Source of the DNA: Trichoplax sp. H2
Taxonomy: Eukaryota
Assembly: GCA_003344405.1 (NCBI GenBank)
Contig: NOWV01000109.1
Span: forward strand, 234,022 to 254,021
Direction: 5' to 3'
Length of the DNA: 20,000 nt
Each line of letters begins with the position of its first letter. Positions within the stretch are counted from its first letter, which is position 1. Below the pieces are notes generated by a model. It made no database searches. It was not told where the DNA came from and worked only from the letters and a program-made list of their open reading frames with translations. Shown in pieces: positions 11,040 through 20,000 of this stretch. Made by a program: the position numbers and the translations under genes.

Positions 11040-12335
11040 ATGGAATTTACCAATGTGGCTGCATCGGTTGTGTCGAATTGGCTTGACGAGTATGCAATCA
11101 CCAAAAATGAAGGACCGGGTAGCAATAAAAAAGGGTCCAGCGACCAATATAGATTGGAAAACAGACCTTTTAGGTTAGCATTAGGAATACTGCTTTCTTG
11201 ACCACTTTGGTTAAGCTAAAACTGGTTTCTATAGGATTAAAGTACAATGGTATATTCTATACTTACCAGATATGCAATAATTACTATATGTATCTTTATG
11301 ATTAAACTACCTTATTTGCCCTTTATAGAAAAGTTGAACGTTTTTTTAGAGTCTCATATGCATAATTTTTGGATAGAAATACTTTATACAGTCAAAATGA
11401 TCTATTTATCGTTATAAATGGATCCAATTAGTATAGTGGTGTAGGTGAATGCTAAATTTAATGGCAATGTGGCCTTGTGAAAGTATATGTCTGCTCCAAT
11501 AGCGAAATAGATCATAAGCTAAAATAAGAACCCTATGCCTTTTTATGCTTTATGTCGCCTATCGCAGATGCGGCATAGGAGCCGAACAATTGGCCAAAAA
11601 TAAAGCAATAGAAGAAAATCATCGCATTGAACTTTCATTGCAAAAAAGCCTTAGGAAATCGAATAAATCGAACTATATGATTAGTAAACCAAGCAAACCT
11701 GCAGAACGGCAATTACGTAAGTCTACATTCCTAATCGTAAACGGAATTGACTGAAATCAGATCTACTATAGATGTTTTATAAATATTCATGATTTAAGAG
11801 CTTAATTATTCTAACATTAATAAAAGAGATGTCTTAAAACTTTGGTAATCTACAGAGTATAATCAATCATGATTTAAAAGAATCATTATTATAAGTAAGG
11901 CAGTTGAGATGGGTGCAATGTACCCTAGAAATACAATAGAGCGCTCTGTTATATAATTGGCAGATTGAATAATACAGAAATGTACAGATCTAATGCAATC
12001 TGAAAGGATAGTACTATACTAAGCTCAAACTTTATAGTATATTTTTAATATGCAGCATGCATTGTTAGCAGTAGCATTTACGTTATCCTATACTTTTTGT
12101 AACGTATAAACCAAAAATGCAGTCCAAAAATAATGATGTGCGTATACTTTCACTCTTTTACTACCCAGCTAAGGCGGAGGATAGTCAGTTTTCAGAAGAT
12201 GACGAAGATAGTAAAGTGAAAGCTGTACAGATATCCAAAAAGGTTCACTCGCATACTCAAATACTCTTTGATATGCAAAAGAGGAAGAAAAGGAACAGAA
12301 AGAAAAAGAAACAAACTAAAGTGAATCGTTTATGA
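11040..12335 (+). CDS. Uncharacterised 149-aa basic protein, DUF3245-like, probably nuclear or nucleolar
   Basis: ATG in strong context (ATCACCATGG). Exons 11040-11173, 11568-11716, 12169-12335 join via GT-AG in phases 2 and 1 to give 450 nt ending TGA, stitching three separate ORF-track fragments together. Protein: MEFTNVAASVVSNWLDEY...RLENRPFRCGIGAEQL...IELSLQKSLRK...FSEDDEDSKVKAV...MQKRKKRNRKKKKQTKVNRL. Family label rests on recalled motif layout only. Confidence 0.85.
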
Positions 12336-12510
12336 TGCTGATTATGTTTGAGGAAGGGCATTTTATGATATCATTACAGTTACGTCATCCTCTTACTCTT
12401 GCAATTGTATATATATATATCTACTAGTATCTATCGAAGCAAGAGATGTTATAATTGAATACTCTAATTGCTCTGTACTGCATGAGAAATTAATGACAAA
12501 GTTGTGCGCT

Positions 12511-12516
12511 AATAAA
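12511..12516 (+). terminator. Candidate polyadenylation signal of the DUF3245-like gene
   Basis: AATAAA about 175 nt after the stop, followed by GT/T-rich sequence. The hexamer is common in AT-rich DNA. Confidence 0.35.
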
Positions 12517-13233
12517 TGCGCGTTGTATGTTACAAGCAATAACGGAGCAAACTGTTTTTATTGCTAAACATGTTATGTAAGACGTAAGACCTTTTTACGT
12601 CACGATAATTTTAAATTAATTTTCAAAAATGCAAATACGCGTATTGCCTTATATCTTAATAGATTGCCTTGGATTAAGCCTAAATGTGGTGATATTGTAT
12701 AGCAATTTTCCTTGTCATTGCCTGTAGTAAATTTTTATGATATTCATGAATTCGATATGGTTTATGGGTGGCACAAACCTAAAAATTCTTCATATGTACC
12801 GTTTTATACTTTAATTTTATTAGCAGACAGTGTGTTAATAACAACTTATTATTGACTCTAAATCTGATCTACGCGTCTATTAACTGCATAGAAAATGTTC
12901 TGAATATGGTACAAATTGATACAATTTCCAAAATATTCGATTTAATTACTTTAATAGCAAATACCAGTTGTGAAATAATATATGCATTTATTTTTAAATT
13001 TTGGGCTTAGGTCCCTTTTATGTTATATTTGATCTAACATTATCCTGTGCAAAGATCCAGAATATTTATATGTTCGACTCGCAATTCAAAATTTGTATTG
13101 ATGCTACGTATGATTGAATATAAGTACACTACAGTACGTTCAGGCATGCTAGGAAACAATTATTCGACTGAAAGCTATTCGAAATACTCTAAATTAAGAT
13201 TTGAGTGCAGTAGTTGTACAACATGCAAGACAT

Positions 13234-13239
13234 TTTATT
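13234..13239 (-). terminator. Candidate polyadenylation signal of SMARCD
   Basis: TTTATT on plus (AATAAA on minus) about 550 nt downstream of the SMARCD stop. Confidence 0.3.
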
Positions 13240-13786
13240 GACTTTCATGTAAGTTAAACATGCGTTTATAAACGTAAAGCCCGTGACTGTACAAATATAC
13301 ATAGGTATGGCTAGGAATATTGAGTTATGCCTAATTAATTAGCAAGACAGAATAAGATATAACATAGTTTAGAGTAATACGTTAGTAAACCTGTATTCCT
13401 AAAAGGTATAGCTAAACGAAGTACCTCTGTACAAACATACTTCAATGTGCACTAGTAATCGTTTTCAACATAAACTGCCGGGTCTGTACAATAAATAAAA
13501 AAGGCTCGAAAGCAGTTCTAAGAAATACGTGTAGATACTTATGCAGTACGACGAATTAAAACGTTACTCTGTTTCCTTTTTTATACCCAGCACACATTCT
13601 ACATTGAGGTTATAGCCGTAATCGTTACACTAACAATGATGAAGAATTACGATTTCGACTTGTGAAGTACTGTATTAATCAATTTCTACATTAGCATTTG
13701 GCAATTTTCCAAATATACAGCGTCCGTAAGAGAAGATATAAACATGAAATAAGTTACAGAGGGCTCAAATTCGTTACATAAACTCG

Positions 13787-16700
13787 TTAACTACTACGAA
13801 TTCCAAGCGCTGTCTCCAGTTCAACTCGGCGTTCTTGAACCTATTTAAAAATAGATATAAATTAGCAATAAATATTGAACGGCAAGTGAAACCGTCAGTA
13901 AAGAGAGAGTATAGAGGGCGAAAACGCAACTTTTGAGCTACCTTAGAATAGAGATAGCGACAAACTGCTTCCTGAGCCCAAGGCTGATAGTAATATTTCG
14001 ATTTACGTTCATCTTCGATATTACCAGCAATTCCTTCCATTATCTTAAGATCACGACACTGTGATAATAGCCATTCATGAATAAATGCCTGCGAATGAAG
14101 TAAGGCAATCAGATTTTGTCACAACGGCTTACAACTCCATTAAATAAAAGCTACCTGAGGATCGTTAGCAAAATTCACCATAAATTCCCTTTTTACTTTA
14201 AGATCATTAATAGCCTGCACAATAGTGCCAATCTATAATAGATAGCGTATTTTTAGTAAAAGCTATATCAACGTCGAAATGGTAATTTACAAAGCATCGC
14301 AAACCTTATCATCTAGTTGGGATATTTCTTGCTGACTTTGTGTAGAAAGCAAAAATGTTTGCATTTGCTCCCTTAAGGTATCATCCTGTATTATCATCAA
14401 ATATTGGGTACAAAATTTATTTCGCTTATACAGGCAAACAGTAACTTAACAATTAGTAATTATTCCATACTAAAATAGAAATTAATTTCTAATTCAAGTA
14501 AATTGTAGTTAATTAGTTACCACTTCAACTTCAACATCGCAACATGTTGTTCTTTTTTCATCAGGGGTATCAGGGCTAAATAATGTACGCGCATAAAATG
14601 ATAGATTTTAATTTTAAATAATCGAAAGTGTACCCTATTAATTGCCGAGTTCAATGTATTATTTTGACTACGATTGATGAAATACGAACAATTAAATTAC
14701 CTGATACAGTACTTAATTACAACTGGATCTGGAGGGTGCAGTAGACCGTTTAACCGTTGAGGAATCTCATTAAACTTCATCCGAGGAACTTCAAAGATCT
14801 ACAACGATTTTATAAAAATCAATTAACAAAAATGTTTTAGGATTTCGGGCTAGAGACAATCATAGCCATTTCATTGTTCTATTCACGCAAAATTGAAAGA
14901 TGGCTCTTACTTGGTGTAGATATTTGTCGTTGTTGATTATTTCACGCTCGTTTTGATCTTGTAATTTATGTACCTATTTATTAATAATGAAAGAATCTAT
15001 CAGAAATGTGTCTAAATCAAAATCGAATAAGATTCTGTAGCCACTTGCCCTAATATATTGCCATAGAGCATTCACGATTACAGCTCTTGTTTGCGTATGA
15101 ATACCGAGTAAACGGGATAATCTAGCATCTAGCTTGTACTGAGGTATCTAATGATATTATGGATAAATTTGGTTCAGTAGGGGCGCATAATAGTATTATT
15201 TATCAGCAGCTACTACCTGATTGTCCAAATTTAAAATTAAAGTACATTGAACAGCAGTATCGCCAGGTCGCTTAATCTAAATCAGTTACAAAATGAATAA
15301 TAGTGCGTTAGCTGATCAAAATTAAAGTGTAGTACAGAATTTCACCATCAACATCAAGATAATATCACCTGGAAGCCAGCCGTATCAGTTGCTGTGGATG
15401 AACGGTGCCACTGATAAGAAAATCGATCATTAAAATCATTCCATCTAAGTCATTACAATATAAAAGTTAAAGCAGATGTGAAAAAAATCTTCTATACTAA
15501 CTTCAATTATATGATTATCAGGGCCGTATAAGTCTTTGTCTAGTTCAATCAATAGACTTTTAAAAAAGGACGACAACTTTCTCTTGGTACTTTTACCTTG
15601 ATTCTGGAAATTGCGAATAAAAAGGCAATTATAATATGAATGTTAGATATTAAATATTGACTCTACTATAGATTTTATATAAATCATTATTCATATGATG
15701 CTGCATTTATACATCATCTAATATTTTTCCTTCAATTTTCATTTCCCAACTTGGCACAGTCGCCTATTACGAAAAACATCAAGATGTTACTAATGCCACT
15801 AAGTATATAGTATTACCTAACAAATAGGGTATAAGAAAACGATATCTTACCTCATCGATGATAAAATCATGAGATATGAAAAGGCGAAGCGTTCTCTTCT
15901 CCTATAGATGGTCAAAAAAAATTGTTGCAATATTGATCTATGAATCACTCCAATAGTTAACAAAAACTTAGCATCGCTTCCTTGCTATAGGTTGAGATAG
16001 CATGAATGCGATACCTTGATTGGTCTTTTGAGGGCTTCCTGTATATCTAATCTTTTTCTCATAATTGTCGTATCCAACTTCGTTTCAAATTCCAACAAGT
16101 CCATATAAGCTTTCGATTCTGGCACAACATCCCGTATCTATTACATATGAAATATGTTTAATTCCTCCATTAATTAAGATTACTGTACTATACGACTTTA
16201 ATATAAAAATGGACATAATCTTATCGACCAATTAGATGTATAAGAGTATATTTATGAAAATCCATTTTTCATTCTTACAGTATTAAAATTGTTGCATCAC
16301 CACAAATGGCGTGCAATTCATAACATTATATTGAGAATACAGAGTAAGCATTGATATTAATATCATTCATTCAAAAAGCATACATACATTCACATGCATT
16401 GATATGATCCAATAGTGTATATTATATGTTGTTACCGAATGCTGTAGTAATTCCTATCAATATACCTTTTGAGATAATATCCGATCAGCCATTTTCTTTT
16501 TTCGCCTTTTTTCAATACAATTGAAAATATATCGAATAAATGAATAAAAAAGAAAGTACTTTCTATGACTGTTTGATGAGGAACTTCTTACGATTTAGAC
16601 CTGCTACTGCTGCGTGAATCGCGTTTCATTGGTTGTTGAACTGGAGTACCAATAGCATTGTTGGATTTAATGCTGGTATTTTGTTGCTGGGGCATCGTTG

Positions 16701-16824
16701 CTCGAACTTGCGAAGCTACTGGAATAGACGGATTACGTTGCATTACATTGGAACGCATCATTTGGCCGCTCGTACTTCGAGGGGTAAGGGATCCTGCCAT
16801 CGGTTGAGGAGAATTTTGTTGCAT
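13787..16824 (-). CDS. SMARCD1: SWI/SNF (BAF) complex subunit SMARCD/BAF60 with SWIB domain, 458 aa, 16 coding exons
   Basis: Exons 16592-16824, 16466-16505, 16015-16137, 15851-15901, 15713-15763, 15502-15603, 15369-15410, 15217-15276, 15049-15147, 14911-14973, 14701-14798, 14521-14575, 14305-14385, 14155-14232, 13942-14088, 13787-13840 total 1377 nt with an open frame. Motifs: [118 protein letters not shown]. It may be equally related to SMARCD1/2/3. An AG acceptor lies directly before the ATG, so upstream exon(s) probably exist. Confidence 0.97.
14974..15048 (-). other. Non-canonical GC-AG intron in SMARCD
   Basis: Exon ends ...TAT ATT AGG|GCAAGT and resumes AAATAG|GTA CAT AAA. Only the GC donor restores the conserved LWQYI(K/R)xHKLQD. 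Confidence 0.88.
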
Positions 16825-17131
16825 CTATAGAATGAAAGCCACTGACTTAGCAAAGTTTTTAACCTCAACAGCTACTAACTTGTGCAGTTATGTGAACGTT
16901 GACACTTTCAGACTAATACAATCAAATGCAAGTTATTAAAATGTCAGCAAACAGCTTCAGTCCATTTTTCCACAACCATGCATTGGCTTATTCAAATACT
17001 AACAGTCGGTAAACTCGATTCAGGCGTTACATTGTAATCAACTTGCGAACAGCTACTATATATTGTACAATTGAATTTGTAGCAACGCTACGAAACTATC
17101 CTAGGACAAAGAGTGATAAGAATTAATTTAC

Positions 17132-17220
17132 TATGCCGGCGTAAAATATCCTGATGTTTGGGTAGATGACTACGCGGTGGTTGTTGAACGATACTGTACA
17201 CCCGGAGGTAAAAATGATTT
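17132..17220 (-). other. Candidate upstream (probably 5' UTR) exon of SMARCD
   Basis: GC/CpG-richer block bounded by CATAG| and |GTAAAT on the minus strand, upstream of the acceptor that precedes the SMARCD ATG. Confidence 0.3.
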
Positions 17221-18120
17221 CTATGATGCTAAAGTACGGCAGATAGTGTACAAGTTCCTAGACAGCGGGCATTGACGTCCACAGTACAGTAGGAAAGATG
17301 GGGATAGACTGTTGCAATGAACTACACCTGAAAGGGCGAATATGTATAATATCTATACAGTACATACAAGCATATAGCATACAGTATACACAGCATGAGT
17401 TGTCGATTGCTACGCTAACATATTCAAGACAAGAATGAATAAATGACCATTGCATGTTTATCTGTGCATGCATTAGCACTATTCTGTTACTGCTATGCAC
17501 TGACTGCATCTAATGCAGCACTGTATCAATGCTAGAATTGGTTCAATGAATTAAACATCAGCAAGATTCATTCTCACTCATTTCAATTAGACTTGAAAGA
17601 TGGTGTACGCAAGTCTACACCAGCCGTAATGTGCCTTAACGATAGTAAAAACGGGTCCATTTTCGTCTCACCTTGGACTATCTGTAGTTCATTGCAGTTA
17701 ATGTAAGTAGGCTGTCAATGGAGGCAGCAAAGTTCTTTACTATTGACATCAGCATAAGTAAAAGCTAGTGGAACTACTTTTACTTTATTGTTCTGCCAAT
17801 CTGACATGCCTATACTAGAGTACTTGGATATTACTTGACCATTGAAAATACAACTCAAAATGGCTGTAAGCGGCCAACCCCAATTCAATCTATTCATTAC
17901 AGACTTACTCGAACATTATACTGCATGGCCTGAGATTGTTGATAAACTGTTTGCCTTCGATCATTGAATTTGCCACTTTGTGCTGCTGCAACAGGCAAGC
18001 CGCGTCCACTTTGAATAGGAAGCGCCATTTTTGTGAAAATGTTCAAGACAGGTGGAGTTATGACACAGTGCAGTGGTGTTCTGTAGCTTGTATCACTTCA
18101 GTATCAAGAAAGATGGAACT

Positions 18121-18500
18121 GGTACTCTACTGGTACTCTACTAGTACTATGCGGTACTGTAGGGGAAGAAAAATCCTAGAGTCCAGGGTACTGTAACTTT
18201 TACAGTGTTGTACACTGTAGACGTGTACTGTAACATGACAGCGCATGCCACTGGTGCACATCGTGCGCTGTACTGTACTGTACTGTACGTGGTCCTGTAC
18301 GACACGTAGTGCATACAGTACAATAGTGCACAGCACCACGTGGTTACAGTACAGTATCACGTGTACACTGTACAGTACTGTACTGTAGCGAGTTTGGTTT
18401 GTACTGTACAGTACTCAGGAGATGACAATTGGGTTTGTAAAGGGCGTACAGTACAGTACTGTACTGCAGATTGAATATGGCCAGAACGGTACTGTACCAA
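18121..18500. repeat. Dense TACTG/CAGTA (GTAC-rich) low-complexity palindromic tract
   Basis: Runs such as TGTACTGTACTGTACTGTAC; perfect 18-bp palindrome CAGTACAGTACTGTACTG at 18449-18466; TACAGTGT-tgt-ACACTGTA hairpin at 18201-18219. Explains the spurious Y/S/T/V/Q/C-rich ORFs here. Confidence 0.85.
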
Positions 18501-19629
18501 CTTCACCAGCATGGACAGCAGGAAGGGTGGACAGTATTTATGCTTTTAGCAATTTATCATTGACATCGGATAATATTGCGATATATTGACATGTGTCCAC
18601 CCGAACCTATAACGCTTAAAAAAATATTCCAAACATTGCAGTAATTGAATAGTATAAAAAATTGTAGAGATCAATGAATGGATACTGACAAACGTTAAGG
18701 ACTGCACTGCGTCAAATTTCATTCAAATTGTATACGAGTCCTTCTAAGCGTCCACGGTAGAAAGAGAGCACTTTATACCCGTAAGCATCTCCCTTGGTAA
18801 AGGACATTTGTGCTATGGCATTGACTGATAGTCGCGAGAAATTTCCTTTTGCTTTAGTAATTCAACCCATAATACTCATAGTACTTATACATCACATGTC
18901 TCTAGGTTAAGGGCCATACACTGTATGCGTAGGTTATTTTCCACTGTATAGACACTGGTCCTAGATACACTTTACTAACACATGGTCCCTTTTTCTTTTC
19001 CCTTCCTCGTTTGGCCACCTATCTTTATTCCATTTCCTATCCATGACAGTCACTGACACAGAGCCCCAAAAACGTACAAAAGCTAAAATTTTATTTTGTA
19101 CTGTACTGTAGCAGCCCATACTTTAATGAACTAATAATTAGATCGATCGTACGTCAATTTGAACGACGGATTCGTGGAAATTGACTCATTCTCCATCGTC
19201 TAATATAAAATTGGCTAAATAAAGGAAAATTCTTCTTAATTTGTTTTCATCCAAAATTGCACCCCCGTCCATCCTCAACCTTGAGCCTGTACTGTTGTAC
19301 AGTACAGTACTGTATGAGGCATTACAGTGAGTTACGTTCAGTCATGGACTAAAAAAAATGAATTACAATGTTTTGGTTATGGAAATCAGCATTCATACCA
19401 TACAATTAGTTCACCTTACAATTCATAATTTATATAAGTAAACACTGGTATACACAGATCACAGACACCTCAGCTGCTGAGAGAAACGGCTTTACTAACT
19501 GCTATGAAAGAAATTTGAACATAACGCTCATTTCCTTAAGTAACAAATGGTAAATTTTTAATCGCTCGATTTTATCGATACCAACTACATTTATACATAC
19601 TGTACTAATAGATACGAGAAAAAATAGCA

Positions 19630-20000
19630 TAGCCTTGGAAGATTACACTTGTCAAGTGATTTCTTGAATGTTGCTAAGTGATTTTGGAGGGTATACCTTC
19701 CGGTAACGTTGATGCCCTACCAGACACTTTATCGGCTTAATTACGGAAATATTTAAGAAGAGGCTCCAATCTTCTGTTCAAAATCCTGATAGTAATGCTT
19801 CATTATAAATCCTAAATTAAGTAATCTCGACAGCTACCGTTCGTACCACTTGGAAATCAGGAGGATACGAATTGAACTTATTACAGTAATATCTCTTCTT
19901 ACAATACAATAACATCTTGATAATATTCTTGCATTATATGCAAATTCTGAATGTAGAACTATGCCAAGGCGCTGAATTGAAGTCACCCATAAAGATCTTC
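19630..20000 (-). mobile_element. Possible highly decayed non-LTR retrotransposon (CR1/L2-like) fragment
   Basis: Minus-strand frames broken by stops and frameshifts read KIFMGDFNSAP (EEP/APE-like GDFN), KKRYYCNKF, and LKYFRN*ADKV...TLPEGI / LATFKKSLDK, which resembles the CR1/L2 ORF2 C-terminus (WNxLP...FKxxLD). Motifs are short and spaced far more tightly than in an intact ORF2. Confidence 0.3.

Noticed and set aside
16633..16830. 65-aa plus-strand ORF
   Set aside because: Antisense shadow of the first SMARCD coding exon.
17258..18360. Four Cys/Tyr/Val-rich short ORFs
   Set aside because: Largely explained by TGCA- and TACTG-type low-complexity sequence; no recognisable motifs or splice chain.
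19890..19985. Kinase-like fragments on the plus strand (HLDNILALY; ELCQGAEL)
   Set aside because: Different frames, wrong spacing, flanked by stops; most likely chance.

Overview
AT-rich, intron-dense eukaryotic DNA. Compact ~70-150 nt introns and metazoan-type genes suggest a small animal genome, placozoan-like by inference only. Manual splicing gives four protein-coding genes: (1) the 5' part of cobalamin-dependent methionine synthase MTR (minus strand, ~3924 to beyond the left edge); (2) a CATIP/C2orf62 ciliogenesis gene (minus, 6903-8725, first exon unresolved); (3) a 3-exon plus-strand gene (11040-12335) for a 149-aa basic protein resembling the uncharacterised DUF3245 family, head-to-head with CATIP; (4) a complete 16-exon SWI/SNF subunit SMARCD/BAF60 (minus, 13787-16824) with one GC-AG intron. 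Intergenic DNA holds a 157-bp tandem duplication, a degenerate ~90-bp repeat array, palindromic TACTG/CAGTA clusters near gene 5' ends, and possible decayed LINE fragments. Most ORF-track entries are exon fragments or spurious. No prokaryotic system, CRISPR, tRNA or rRNA is supported.
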